From: a virus
DNA length: 46,312 nt
Reading direction: 5' to 3' (one strand)
IMG/VR virus record: IMGVR_UViG_3300013016_000007
Made by a program: the position numbers and the translations under genes. Positions 8,526 to 17,719 of this stretch are shown here, one piece after another. A model generated the notes under the pieces. It was not told where the DNA came from, did no database searches, and saw nothing but the letters and a program-made list of their open reading frames with translations. How positions within the stretch are numbered: position 1 is the stretch's first letter; each line of letters begins with the position of its first letter.

Positions 8526-8779
8526 TCAGGGTGAGTAAGAAAATTGAAGTAGGTGATACAGTTCAAAGAAAGTATACTTTCGGAACTGGAGATAAGACAA
8601 TCGAGGGAGTAGTGCTGGGGAAAGACATTAATAAGGTATCTGGAGAGTCCTGGCTAAGAATAGCAGTTAAAGGTAATTTGAATTATAAAATTCTTTCACC
8701 AGAGAAAAGATGCAAGAAAATAGATAAAAAATATAAGCTGCATGAGGGTGGACAAATGAGACTTTTTGAGGAGGTTTAA
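8522..8779 (+). CDS. Hypothetical early protein
   Basis: Start overlaps the upstream stop. No motif recognised. Confidence 0.55.
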   Translation: MIRVSKKIEVGDTVQRKYTFGTGDKTIEGVVLGKDINKVSGESWLRIAVKGNLNYKILSPEKRCKKIDKKYKLHEGGQMRLFEEV

Positions 8780-8781
8780 GG

Positions 8782-9024
8782 ATGGAAGATAAAATTTTAG
8801 TAGCCGAGGTTGATTATAAAGGGATAGGTAGTTATACATTACTACCCAGCCAATTTAAGAGTGTTGATATTGAAATGATGAAAGAAGAGGTAGTGGATGA
8901 ATGCTTAAACGGGATGGGGGCAATTGATGAAGAAATTTATAATTCCGAAATTGAAGTCACAGTTACTTTTAAGAATATGACTAAGAAAGAAGTAGAAAAT
9001 ATGGCAGAGTTTAATGGATTTTAA
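8782..9024 (+). CDS. Hypothetical early protein
   Basis: ATG preceded by GAGGAGG. No motif recognised. Confidence 0.55.
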   Translation: MEDKILVAEVDYKGIGSYTLLPSQFKSVDIEMMKEEVVDECLNGMGAIDEEIYNSEIEVTVTFKNMTKKEVENMAEFNGF

Positions 9025-9034
9025 GGAGGTTAGA

Positions 9035-9283
9035 ATGAAAAAGAAAAAGCAAAACAGATATATTTACAGAGTCTATTATCAGACCGGCGGAGGAATCAAA
9101 GGTTGGAAAAGGTTAATAACTAGAAAAAGAATGACAGTGGCCAGAAGAGATAAAATGGAAAGTGTTTTATTAGAATTAATAAATAAAGAACGGGCTATAA
9201 AAGGTAAACCAGAAATACCAATTTTAGTTGTTACAAATGTTGAATGGATTAATAAAATAGGCAGGGGGATATCATGGAAATAG
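9035..9283 (+). CDS. Hypothetical small basic protein
   Basis: ATG 9035 lies 5 nt after AAGGAGG (track start 9014 is less likely). Confidence 0.5.
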   Translation: MKKKKQNRYIYRVYYQTGGGIKGWKRLITRKRMTVARRDKMESVLLELINKERAIKGKPEIPILVVTNVEWINKIGRGISWK

Positions 9284-9399
9284 ATTATTTAAAACCAATC
9301 GAAGACAAGATAAAGAAAGAATACAGCCAGCTGTCTCCGGCAAAGATAGAAGAAATAATTGAGAAAGCAGATGAAGAGGTTAGAGAAAAAGAAGAATAG
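9274..9399 (+). CDS. Small ORF (41 aa) below the track cut-off
   Basis: ATG 9274 overlaps the upstream ORF end and fills an otherwise empty 130-nt gap. Charged, helical sequence. Confidence 0.4.
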   Translation: MEIDYLKPIEDKIKKEYSQLSPAKIEEIIEKADEEVREKEE

Positions 9400-9411
9400 T
9401 TAAAAGGTGGT

Positions 9412-9753
9412 ATGAAAATGGATTTAACAATATTTTACGAGCTGCTTAATGACATAGAACAGAATCCAGAAGCTAAAACAATAATAATGCCGTTAGATAT
9501 TTGGTTTAACTTTAAAGGTACAGAAATATTTATGAATTATGGCCGGTTCATATCCGCCGAAGACGGACATATAAAATATTATGAAGATGGCCCAAGAGAT
9601 AAAGTAGAGCTTTTTGACTTAGAAATAGTTAGAGTTTCACCGCATTTAATAGATAGCGATTATTTATTAATAGATAAAGTGATTACTAAAACTGGCATTG
9701 AGAAGATTATTGAGTTAGAAAAAATAATCTCAGCAGGCGAAGGAGGTAAATAA
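9412..9753 (+). CDS. Hypothetical early protein
   Basis: Preceded by AAGGTGG (ATG 9412 or 9418). No motif recognised. Confidence 0.55.
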   Translation: MKMDLTIFYELLNDIEQNPEAKTIIMPLDIWFNFKGTEIFMNYGRFISAEDGHIKYYEDGPRDKVELFDLEIVRVSPHLIDSDYLLIDKVITKTGIEKIIELEKIISAGEGGK

Positions 9754-10089
9754 GTGAAAGATCAACTTAAAGGACCCTGGGAGTTTATAGAGTATGAAAA
9801 TTCAATGTTTACAATTTTAGAAGTGAAAGATAAGAATTCTAATAAGATGATAGCAAATTTTGTTGCTAATGATGAAGATTATCCAAAGAAGAAACGGCTC
9901 GCCCTGGCAATATCAAAAATACCTAACTTATTAAAGTTATTTGAGACTATCAAAACAGAGGTTAAGCTCCAGGAGCAGAAAGAAGATAACTCTGATAATC
10001 AGAACATAATGATTAATTATTTAATTAAAGAGAACTCAGAGGAGCTGGCCCGGATTATTCAAGAAATAGAAGTGGATCTAAATGGATAG
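9754..10089 (+). CDS. Hypothetical early protein
   Basis: GTG directly after the upstream TAA, with GGAGGT upstream. Confidence 0.55.
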   Translation: MKDQLKGPWEFIEYENSMFTILEVKDKNSNKMIANFVANDEDYPKKKRLALAISKIPNLLKLFETIKTEVKLQEQKEDNSDNQNIMINYLIKENSEELARIIQEIEVDLNG

Positions 10090-10163
10090 CACATATTTGT
10101 TCTGGTTTATATTTATTTGGTGCTTAATAACAATGGCCAGAGCAAGAAAATAGGGAGGAATAG

Positions 10164-10604
10164 ATGAATTTAGGAAATATATTATTTGCAATTGGTGGAG
10201 TAGTTTTCGGAACAATAGTTACAGCTATAAAATTGCATAAAGAAAATTATGAGCAGCAGGAAATGATCAATAAATTAAACGGTAAATTAGTCCTTGAAAA
10301 AACTTCAAAAGAGCTTTATTTAAAAATGTTTGAAGAACAATTAAGAAAAAACGCAAATGATAAATATGCTAGAGCCTGCGACTCACCTGAGGAAGAGTTC
10401 AAAAAGATTGAGTATGAAAATGAGCCGATATTTCCGGGCTTGGGAAAAGAAGGATTTGTGTCTGGCGGACAAGATATAAATTATTATGGTATTAGAAGTC
10501 CTTTTAGCTGGGTGGAACCTTATTCTAGACCATATTATTTGCCTTATTCAGCCAGAAAAGAATTAGAAAATAATAAAGAGGTGAAAAAACATGATGAGAT
10601 ATAG
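10164..10604 (+). CDS. Hypothetical protein with N-terminal transmembrane segment
   Basis: ILFAIGGVVFGTIVTAI hydrophobic segment. RBS GGGAGG upstream. Confidence 0.55.
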   Translation: MNLGNILFAIGGVVFGTIVTAIKLHKENYEQQEMINKLNGKLVLEKTSKELYLKMFEEQLRKNANDKYARACDSPEEEFKKIEYENEPIFPGLGKEGFVSGGQDINYYGIRSPFSWVEPYSRPYYLPYSARKELENNKEVKKHDEI

Positions 10605-11094
10605 AACTGATTGCGGAATGGAATTTAACTCAACTGAGCATACATGCAAAAAGAATGTAAATCTAGAAAGAAAATTAATTGAAGGTAACCGGCCCAAAAA
10701 TATAAAAGTTGAATTTGGGATGAATGAAAAATGTAAAGAATGTGCAGCAGTGAAAGAAAAAATAGATAAACTGCTAAATACTGAAGATGGTACAACTTTC
10801 AAAATTAAAGTTAAGTACTGTGAAGCCAGATCAATAACACCTGAAGAAAGATACTGGCTGCTGTTGGATAGTTTGAGAGAAACCATCTCGGTATCAGTTA
10901 ATGATTATGAAACCAGAGAAGGTTCATTTGAAAGGTTGGATGAATTGCACAGAATTAACAACAAACTCTTGAAAGTGGTAAAAATGTCAAAGGATTTACT
11001 CTTAAATTTAGAAGCTAATCCGGATGCCTGCGGGATAATGGATACAGTCGAGTATTTAGAGGGAGCAATCAGAGACGCGGAAGGTGAAAAATAA
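10591..11094 (+). CDS. Hypothetical early protein
   Basis: 167-aa co-directional ORF. No motif recognised. Confidence 0.55.
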   Translation: MMRYRTDCGMEFNSTEHTCKKNVNLERKLIEGNRPKNIKVEFGMNEKCKECAAVKEKIDKLLNTEDGTTFKIKVKYCEARSITPEERYWLLLDSLRETISVSVNDYETREGSFERLDELHRINNKLLKVVKMSKDLLLNLEANPDACGIMDTVEYLEGAIRDAEGEK

Positions 11095-11189
11095 TGACTT
11101 GCTTAAAATGCGGAAAAGTAATTGTTACAGATACTGATCAACCAGAATTTGGAGTCTGCGATAATTGCATAAAAAAGAAAGGGAATTAG
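11094..11189 (+). CDS. Small zinc-ribbon ORF (31 aa) below the track cut-off
   Basis: MTCLKCGKVIVTDTDQPEFGVCDNCIKKKGN has CxxC...CxxC. Its ATG overlaps the upstream TAA and its stop abuts the next ATG. Confidence 0.5.
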   Translation: MTCLKCGKVIVTDTDQPEFGVCDNCIKKKGN

Positions 11190-11396
11190 ATGCTTTTAAC
11201 TGTTATAGTAACATATTTGGTGTTGGGTGCATTGATCACTATGACCCTGGGAGATGTTTTTAGTTCAGTTTATATAGATTGGAAAATGCTTTGGTTTGAT
11301 ATATTATTATTTGTCTTTGCAGTAATTACTTCTCCTGTATTAAGTTTAATATTTATTATCCAGGGAGTAGTTGAAAAAATTAGAGGGAGGTTCTAA
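11190..11396 (+). CDS. Small two-pass membrane protein
   Basis: 68 aa, almost entirely hydrophobic. Confidence 0.55.
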   Translation: MLLTVIVTYLVLGALITMTLGDVFSSVYIDWKMLWFDILLFVFAVITSPVLSLIFIIQGVVEKIRGRF

Positions 11397-11398
11397 AT

Positions 11399-11581
11399 TT
11401 GGCAAATTATATTTTAGATGAAATAAAAGGTCAATTGATTGATCAACAAAAACCAAAACATTTAAATTGCTGGAATTGTCCTAATCATAATAAATGTTCA
11501 AAGATTAAAAGGTATTGCCCTACATTTAATTTAAGCACAGAAGATTTTTCTAAAAAATATATCGAAGTAGAGGTTGGGTAA
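11399..11581 (+). CDS. Small Cys-rich protein
   Basis: CWNCPNHNKCSKIKRYCP motif. TTG start after GGGAGG. Confidence 0.5.
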   Translation: MANYILDEIKGQLIDQQKPKHLNCWNCPNHNKCSKIKRYCPTFNLSTEDFSKKYIEVEVG

Positions 11582-11583
11582 TT

Positions 11584-11796
11584 ATGATTAAAAATACTAT
11601 AGTTCAATGCAAAATATACGATGATCCAGAATTAGGACCAGAAACTATAAACATTTGGGAAGGAGTCAGGGAAAAAGAAGGTAAAGATGCTGATAAAAAG
11701 TTTAATATAACAGACTTTAATATTTTATCTTATACCGAACAAAAAAACAGAGTCTTAATACGTGTCACTTTAGAAGAAAAAGGAGCTGATGAATGA
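11584..11796 (+). CDS. Hypothetical early protein
   Basis: Co-directional ORF. No motif recognised. Confidence 0.55.
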   Translation: MIKNTIVQCKIYDDPELGPETINIWEGVREKEGKDADKKFNITDFNILSYTEQKNRVLIRVTLEEKGADE

Positions 11797-11954
11797 TGCC
11801 TAAATTTAAAAATCGAATTCATAATCACCCTATGATGGAAAAGAAATTAGGGTTAGATGATGATCATGTAATTATTGATAGAGAACTTTTTGAAGAATTA
11901 AAATATAAGCAGTATGGAAATTGTGACTATATAAATGTAAAGGAGAGTGAATAA
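11793..11954 (+). CDS. Small ORF (53 aa) below the track cut-off
   Basis: ATGA overlap with the upstream ORF. Ends TAATG, overlapping the next start. More plausible than the antisense track ORFs here. Confidence 0.45.
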   Translation: MMPKFKNRIHNHPMMEKKLGLDDDHVIIDRELFEELKYKQYGNCDYINVKESE

Positions 11955-12121
11955 TGAAGGAAATTAAATTTGGATATAGTGCAAGTGCAAAAGAAAAAGA
12001 GGAAATATTAGACCTCCCTGATGGTACAACTTCTGAAGAAATAGAAGAATTGTACATTGACTGGTTAAGCGAAAAAACAGGCGGCTATTGGGAGGAGGCT
12101 GAGGATGAAAATGAGAACTAA
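11954..12121 (+). CDS. Small acidic ORF (55 aa) below the track cut-off
   Basis: ATG 11954 after AAGGAGAG. Keeps the + strand gene train continuous. Confidence 0.45.
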   Translation: MKEIKFGYSASAKEKEEILDLPDGTTSEEIEELYIDWLSEKTGGYWEEAEDENEN

Positions 12122-12341
12122 AGTTGTGGATATAAAAACAATGGTTAGGCATTTAAACAGTGGATGGCTTAATGATACCGATCAAGAACTTTTTGATTTG
12201 CTAATAACCTGGGCTAGTAAAGGGTATAGAAAAGTAAATATAGATGAAATAGCAGACGTTCTAGGTTGGCGTAAAAACAAAGTAAAATATAGATTAAATA
12301 AATTAAGAGATAGAGGTGTATTAACATGCTCAACAGAATAG
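12105..12341 (+). CDS. Small winged-helix-like DNA-binding protein
   Basis: C-terminal IDEIADVLGWRKNKVKYRLNKLRDRGVL. Confidence 0.5.
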   Translation: MKMRTKVVDIKTMVRHLNSGWLNDTDQELFDLLITWASKGYRKVNIDEIADVLGWRKNKVKYRLNKLRDRGVLTCSTE

Positions 12342-12850
12342 TACTTATCGGCCGGTTGACACGAGATCCAGAACTTAGATACACCAGTAACGGAACACCG
12401 GTTTGTAACTTCACACTGGCCGTAGAAAGAAATTATACCAATCGAAATGGTGATCGTGATGTTGATTTTATCAGTATTGTCACCTGGAGGGGTTTGGCTG
12501 AAAACTGCGCCCGTCATCTTGGAAAAGGTAGACTTGTGGGAGTGGATGGCCAGCTGCATATTAGAAAAAGCGAAAATAACAATAGAACTTATATAAACCC
12601 TGAGGTCAATGCAGACAATGTCCGCTTTCTAGATTTCGCAAACAATAACAACCAGAGAAATAATTCACAAAATAATAATAACCGGCAGCAGAATTCTAAA
12701 AATAATAACCAGGGAAATAGAAAACAGCAGCCACAGAATAATCAAAACAGCCAGAGTCAGCAACAACCTCAAAACCGGCCACAAAACTATAACCAGAATC
12801 AAGGCGGTAACGGAAATTTTGACCCCGACGACTTCGATGTTCCCTTTTAG
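12326..12850 (+). CDS. ssb: Single-stranded DNA-binding protein
   Basis: OB-fold N-terminus MLNRIVLIGRLTRDPELRYTSNGTPVCNFTLAV...FISIVTWRGLAE. Q/N-rich linker. Acidic tip DDFDVPF. Confidence 0.92.
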   Translation: MLNRIVLIGRLTRDPELRYTSNGTPVCNFTLAVERNYTNRNGDRDVDFISIVTWRGLAENCARHLGKGRLVGVDGQLHIRKSENNNRTYINPEVNADNVRFLDFANNNNQRNNSQNNNNRQQNSKNNNQGNRKQQPQNNQNSQSQQQPQNRPQNYNQNQGGNGNFDPDDFDVPF

Positions 12851-12889
12851 GCGCAAAGTTAATTAGTCAAAAAATAGAGAGGAGATAAG

Positions 12890-13399
12890 ATGGGATATAT
12901 AAGCAGAGAAGATCAGAAAATAGCAGAAGTATTAAGTCACTTTCAATTATATTTAAATGACAAAATCGACAAGTATAAAGAAATTGATTCAGTTGAAAAG
13001 TCACCTAAGTTTATACGCTCTATCAAGATGGCCCGGACCTACACCGGCAAAGTAAAAGACATGCTAATGGAGGATGCAGCCAAAGAGCAGAAAGAAAATA
13101 TTATTAAAAAGGTGCGTGATACAAAACTTTCTTTAGATTATACCAGGGTGGCCAAAAAGAAAAAGAGAAAGATGAGGAAAGAGGACGATGTCACTGCAGT
13201 AGAGACTGATGATCTTTATGACATCATTGACAAAACTGTAAAAGTTCATTGTCTCGAATGCATTAAATCAAAAGATGAGATTGATAAATGCAAATTAAGA
13301 AAGCGTTTATTAAAATATGACATTCCAGTAATACATGATGATCCAGAGCATAGCAGTTGCCCTTATAAAGTACTGCCGGACATGGTGCAAAATGAATGA
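12890..13399 (+). CDS. Hypothetical protein
   Basis: 169 aa. C-terminal Cys cluster (CLECIKSKDEIDKC...SSCPY). Confidence 0.55.
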   Translation: MGYISREDQKIAEVLSHFQLYLNDKIDKYKEIDSVEKSPKFIRSIKMARTYTGKVKDMLMEDAAKEQKENIIKKVRDTKLSLDYTRVAKKKKRKMRKEDDVTAVETDDLYDIIDKTVKVHCLECIKSKDEIDKCKLRKRLLKYDIPVIHDDPEHSSCPYKVLPDMVQNE

Positions 13400-13658
13400 T
13401 TACTATATTTGCGATATTGAAGGCTGCGGGGAACAGATCAGGAATGGCCGGTTTTGTCACTATCATAGCTCAATAACCGACCGGCCATGCGCTTGGTATT
13501 ACCATAATGATTTGGGTACAGCTGCAGTGGAATGGTGCAGGAAGAAAAACAAAAGATTTATTGAAGTTAGCTGCAAAGGATGCGAGGATCACATAAAACC
13601 AGAGAACGGAATTGAAATCATTGAGAAGTTGACCGGACTTAATGGAGGTGGAAAATGA
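13392..13658 (+). CDS. Cys/His-rich putative zinc-binding protein
   Basis: MNDYYICDIEGCGEQIRNGRFCHYH...CKGCEDH. ATG 13392 is in frame within the track ORF. Confidence 0.5.
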   Translation: MNDYYICDIEGCGEQIRNGRFCHYHSSITDRPCAWYYHNDLGTAAVEWCRKKNKRFIEVSCKGCEDHIKPENGIEIIEKLTGLNGGGK

Positions 13659-14026
13659 ACATCAACAAAGAAATTGAAAAAATAATGAAAGATGATGATC
13701 AACCATTTATTCAAGTGAGAAAAAGATACACTGATGAGGGAAAATATAATCCTTGGTATCTAAACAATAATTTATCTTTGCCGGCTTACGGTTTGATGGC
13801 TTACTTATGGGATTTAGTCGGAAGAACTAATACATTAAAGCTAAAAGTTTTAACTATAAACATGGGATTTAAAGAAAAAGCGATAAACACAGCAATAGAC
13901 GAATTAATCAAAGAGGGTTATCTTCAAATCTCAAAAGTTCCAGTTCCAAAGAAAGTATATCGGTTTGATATATTCAGAAATAAGTACAGAACAAGCAGCA
14001 GATACACTTCAAAAGATTTACTTTAG
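13655..14026 (+). CDS. Hypothetical winged-helix-like protein
   Basis: ATGA overlap with the upstream ORF. EKAINTAIDELIKEGYLQISKV. Confidence 0.5.
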   Translation: MNINKEIEKIMKDDDQPFIQVRKRYTDEGKYNPWYLNNNLSLPAYGLMAYLWDLVGRTNTLKLKVLTINMGFKEKAINTAIDELIKEGYLQISKVPVPKKVYRFDIFRNKYRTSSRYTSKDLL

Positions 14027-14037
14027 GAGTGAGCCAA

Positions 14038-14406
14038 ATGGGAAATTTAAAATTAAAAAGAAATAGTGGGAAGATTACTTTTAAAAAATCAGAGGATAAT
14101 AAAAATAGTGCAATGATTGCCGGCTGGATATCAGCTAAAAGGACCGGAATCTGGCTTAATCATATTAGAGGATTAGAAAATAGGTTTTTCGATATTGAAG
14201 AAAGACCAGAAATCAATGAAAATCACATTACTCTTTATGAGTCTGGCCAGATAATTGGATGGATAGAAAAAGATTATAAAAAAGAAATTGAGGACATACT
14301 CTGGAAGCATCTAAAGCATTATACTCATAAACCGGCAGAAGAAAAAGAAGTTAAAAAAGAGATTAAAGAGGAGCCGGCAGAGTTTGGCCAACTGGCATTA
14401 TTTTAA
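14038..14406 (+). CDS. Hypothetical protein
   Basis: ATG 14038 lies 8 nt after AGGAG. Confidence 0.5.
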   Translation: MGNLKLKRNSGKITFKKSEDNKNSAMIAGWISAKRTGIWLNHIRGLENRFFDIEERPEINENHITLYESGQIIGWIEKDYKKEIEDILWKHLKHYTHKPAEEKEVKKEIKEEPAEFGQLALF

Positions 14407-14423
14407 TAGACAGGAGTGGGAAA

Positions 14424-15005
14424 ATGATTTTATCAGATCAAGAAATTATGAGAGCTCAGACAGAACACAATATAATAAGTGATTTTAATCCAGACCAGGT
14501 GGAGCCGGCATCATATGATCTAAGGTTAGCAGACAAGATTTTACTGGAAAGAAATTATTCAAGACCTATAGGAATGAATGAAGAGGTTGAATATATACCG
14601 ACATCAATCAATGACCGGCCACTCAATCCACAGGAATTTGTTTTAGGTAGCACAAAGGAGTACATTTCATTGCCAGACAATTTAGCAGCATTTGTTACCG
14701 GCAAGTCTACCATCGGTAGAAAAGCAATAGAAGTTCATCAGACAGCTGCATGGATAGATCCGGGGTTTCAGGGCAACATCACTTTAGAGATTATTAACAA
14801 TTCTTCAAACAAAAGAAAACTCAAGGCCGGGGAATTAATCGCTCAGATAGTCTTTTTTAAAGTGGCCGGCACAGTACTGGAACCTTACGATGGCAAATAT
14901 CAAAATTCAGATGGTGTAATTGGCAGCCTGATAAATAAAGAAACTGAAATTAAACCGCTCTTTATCGGTGGCCCGGGCCAGGAGGTAAATCAGAATGAAA
15001 TATAA
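14424..15005 (+). CDS. dCTP deaminase / dUTPase-superfamily enzyme
   Basis: MILSDQEI..., PASYDLRL, GKSTIGRKAIEVHQTAAWIDPGFQGNITLEIIN, IAQIVFF match the Dcd signature blocks. Confidence 0.8.
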   Translation: MILSDQEIMRAQTEHNIISDFNPDQVEPASYDLRLADKILLERNYSRPIGMNEEVEYIPTSINDRPLNPQEFVLGSTKEYISLPDNLAAFVTGKSTIGRKAIEVHQTAAWIDPGFQGNITLEIINNSSNKRKLKAGELIAQIVFFKVAGTVLEPYDGKYQNSDGVIGSLINKETEIKPLFIGGPGQEVNQNEI

Positions 15006-15138
15006 ATTATCAGTTTTAATTGTCACTTTAGCAATATTCCTGGGCTATTCAATATTATGGGAGACTCAGGAAGGTAGATTGTTTGCGGCTAAATGGTTAG
15101 TGGTTTCGGGAACATTTATCTTAACTTTTAAAGAGTAG
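14995..15138 (+). CDS. Small membrane ORF (47 aa) below the track cut-off
   Basis: ATG after GGAGGT. Two hydrophobic stretches. Paralogous to 15162..15302 (shared T-x-EG-[RK]-[LI]-[FY]-x-AK-[WF]). Confidence 0.45.
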   Translation: MKYKLSVLIVTLAIFLGYSILWETQEGRLFAAKWLVVSGTFILTFKE

Positions 15139-15161
15139 AGTATAGAAAGGGGTGTTATTAG

Positions 15162-15302
15162 ATGCCGGACTTTTTAAAACAGTTAATATTTTTAATCATA
15201 ATGAATATAGCAGCATACAGAATAGCGAAAACCGAAGAAGGAAAAATATATTTAGCCAAATTCACATTGATTATTGCGTTTATTTTACTTATATCAATTT
15301 AA
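15162..15302 (+). CDS. Small membrane ORF (46 aa), tandem paralogue of 14995..15138
   Basis: ATG after AAAGGGGTG. Same architecture and core motif as the preceding small ORF. Confidence 0.45.
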   Translation: MPDFLKQLIFLIIMNIAAYRIAKTEEGKIYLAKFTLIIAFILLISI

Positions 15303-15314
15303 GGAGGAATAAAG

Positions 15315-15647
15315 ATGAGTAAAAGAATTAATAAAAGAGACTTATTAAATAAAGCAAAAGAAATTAAGAGCGAAGGGCAGCATCTAGCATTAACAATAGT
15401 TACACCAGGCAACAGAGAAGTTATTATTGTGCCAAACGATGATATAGAAAATAAACTTCGCTATATTGATAACGCTTATGATTCTAATCTTGACCATAAA
15501 AGCTTGATAAGTGGAGGGGTGAAAATAACAGATGTTTGTAACCTTGAAAAATGGATTGAAGAAGTCCGAGAACATGGATTTTATGGTTTATCCGATACTT
15601 ATAGAGAACTCAAAGACAAAATAGAAGCAGAAAGTGAAAATCAATGA
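15315..15647 (+). CDS. Hypothetical protein
   Basis: RBS AAGGAGG upstream. No motif recognised. Confidence 0.55.
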   Translation: MSKRINKRDLLNKAKEIKSEGQHLALTIVTPGNREVIIVPNDDIENKLRYIDNAYDSNLDHKSLISGGVKITDVCNLEKWIEEVREHGFYGLSDTYRELKDKIEAESENQ

Positions 15648-16051
15648 CCGGGCCAGAAATTAAAATAAATAGAATTGTCGGACCTGAGGACGAGCCAGAA
15701 TGTGTAGTTTCACCTATAGATGATGATCAAATAACTTTGTATAAGGATTATGTAAAAGCGCCGTGGTCAGTCAGAGAGGTGCAGAAAAGAAATGAGATTC
15801 AGTTTAAGATTTTAGATAATGAAGAGAAAATAATCTGCCAGGTAACTACTAAGTTGAAAGACCAGAAATATGGCAAGGTTATAGCAAGATTAATTGCCGG
15901 AGCTCCCAGAATGGTAGATCAAGGGGCTAAGGTTGAAACAGCTTTGCTTTTTAGAAATGAAGTTGATCCCATGGAAGAAATTAAAAAGCTCATTCGGACA
16001 GCTAAAACAATTAAGCATGGTATTGTTGAGATGTGGGAGTGGAAAGAATGA
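15644..16051 (+). CDS. Hypothetical protein
   Basis: ATGA overlap with the upstream ORF. Confidence 0.55.
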   Translation: MTGPEIKINRIVGPEDEPECVVSPIDDDQITLYKDYVKAPWSVREVQKRNEIQFKILDNEEKIICQVTTKLKDQKYGKVIARLIAGAPRMVDQGAKVETALLFRNEVDPMEEIKKLIRTAKTIKHGIVEMWEWKE

Positions 16052-16587
16052 AATCAGTTAGAAAGCAAATAATGGACACTTTTAAAGTACCTGTTGAGTA
16101 TTTATATATACACGAGGAGGTGAAAGAATTGACCGGGCCAGCACTAAAGGACGAAAAGATAACTTACAAAGATCAAGAAATGAACTATTATCATTTTATA
16201 GAAATGCTGATATCTAAATCATATAAATTAAATGCAGCTATCTTTGTAGATAAAACTGGAATTGATCTAAGAGTAGTGGATTTAGAAATTTTAGGTCAGA
16301 TAATATTAGATACTAATCGTTCAAATGAATTACTTAAATTATCACATAAAAAGTTATATAATTTCATGGTTGAATTCTATTTTAAATTCAATTATTTTGA
16401 TGAATTAAAAAGATATCAAAATAGAGATATACATCTCGGTAGAATTGAGATAGAGAATGATTTTAAAAAAATGGTAAATAAATTTGAAGTTGATCATGGT
16501 TTGGATATGAAGAAAGTTTTAATGGGCGCACTGGGAGTGCCCTGGCATAAATATAAATATAAATTGTTCAAAAGAATAAAACCCTAG
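16048..16587 (+). CDS. Hypothetical protein
   Basis: ATG 16048 overlaps the upstream TGA, preceded by GGGAGTGG. Confidence 0.5.
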   Translation: MKSVRKQIMDTFKVPVEYLYIHEEVKELTGPALKDEKITYKDQEMNYYHFIEMLISKSYKLNAAIFVDKTGIDLRVVDLEILGQIILDTNRSNELLKLSHKKLYNFMVEFYFKFNYFDELKRYQNRDIHLGRIEIENDFKKMVNKFEVDHGLDMKKVLMGALGVPWHKYKYKLFKRIKP

Positions 16588-16645
16588 ATCAAGACCGGCC
16601 GGGGGAAGTTCAAGAGCGATGGCCCGGGCAATTAGGAGGTGAATA

Positions 16646-16999
16646 ATGAATAAAGTATATTTCTTTTACAATGAAGAAGGAGCAGGGAAATATGTGGCAC
16701 ACAAATCCTTTAAAGAAGCGAAAGAAATAGCATTGTTAAGCCCAGTTTTTGATATGCTTGAAAATCCATTTGTAGATATTAGAGGAAATTTAGTTAAAAG
16801 ATATGATTATAGAGATAAAAAAGAATATATAGTTAAAACAAATACAGAAGGAATGTTAAGTACTCAAGAAATTGTAGATTTAGGGATAGCCTGGTGGCAA
16901 TGTTCAAATTGTGGAACTGATGATATGGAAATAGTTGATAGTGGAGAAAATTACAACTGTTTATCTTGCGGGCACTCTGATGAAGTTCCGTATTATTAA
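16646..16999 (+). CDS. Hypothetical protein with C-terminal zinc ribbon
   Basis: CSNCGTDDMEIVDSGENYNCLSCGH. RBS AGGAGGTG upstream. Confidence 0.55.
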   Translation: MNKVYFFYNEEGAGKYVAHKSFKEAKEIALLSPVFDMLENPFVDIRGNLVKRYDYRDKKEYIVKTNTEGMLSTQEIVDLGIAWWQCSNCGTDDMEIVDSGENYNCLSCGHSDEVPYY

Positions 17000-17051
17000 T
17001 TATAAGCTGGCCCGGGTATTTATTAAAAAATGAAAATAGGAGGAAATTAAA

Positions 17052-17504
17052 ATGGCACAATATACTCAAGCCCCTGAGGTAGAAAATATTGCTAATAAGT
17101 TAATAGAAAAATATCATAATTACCTACAGGGTTTTAAGATTATTTACTTATTTAGAGACAAAGCGATGAAATCAAAAGGAAAAGAGGTTTATGGTAAAGC
17201 GTCAAAAGTACAATCTAAGTATCAAGCTATTACTGGAGCAACATTTGTCATCGAGATAGCTGAGCCGGCATTTTATTCAATGGAGCACAAACATCAGGTA
17301 GCTTTAATAGATCATGAACTGATGCATTGCTTTATTGATGAAAATGACCAACCAACAATACTTTCTCATGACTTTGAAGGATTTAACAAAGAACTTAAAA
17401 GACATGGCTTCTGGGCTTCTGATTTGCAGATCATGAAGAAGCAGCTGCAACAGATGGAACTGCCTTTTAATGAAAAACCAGAACTTAAGGTGGTGAGTGG
17501 GTAG
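17052..17504 (+). CDS. Putative phage metallopeptidase (HExxH)
   Basis: VALIDHELMHC zinc motif in a layout typical of the phage metallopeptidase family (KIIYLFRDKAMKSKGKEVYGKASKV...). Confidence 0.6.
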   Translation: MAQYTQAPEVENIANKLIEKYHNYLQGFKIIYLFRDKAMKSKGKEVYGKASKVQSKYQAITGATFVIEIAEPAFYSMEHKHQVALIDHELMHCFIDENDQPTILSHDFEGFNKELKRHGFWASDLQIMKKQLQQMELPFNEKPELKVVSG

Positions 17505-17719
17505 TGCCAATCAATCACAAAAATCTGGCCCGGGCCAGAGAAAAGAGCGGAAATACTAAAACATTTTTAGCAAAAAAATGCGGTGTAACAATAACTACCT
17601 ATAGCAAGTGGGAAGATGGAGACACTGTCCCGGGAGTCGATAAAGCTAAGATACTTGCGGATATATATGAAACAACAGTTGACGTATTATTTTTCAGCAG
17701 AGTATTTAGACTAATTTGA
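17504..17719 (+). CDS. XRE-family HTH protein
   Basis: KTFLAKKCGVTITTYSKWEDGDTVP. Confidence 0.65.
   Translation: MPINHKNLARAREKSGNTKTFLAKKCGVTITTYSKWEDGDTVPGVDKAKILADIYETTVDVLFFSRVFRLI

Noticed and set aside
11872-12152. Minus-strand track ORFs 11872..12057 and 11964..12152 in an apparent + strand gap
   Set aside because: The gap is better explained by two short + strand ORFs (11793..11954, 11954..12121) with start/stop coupling and an RBS. The antisense peptides look like junk.
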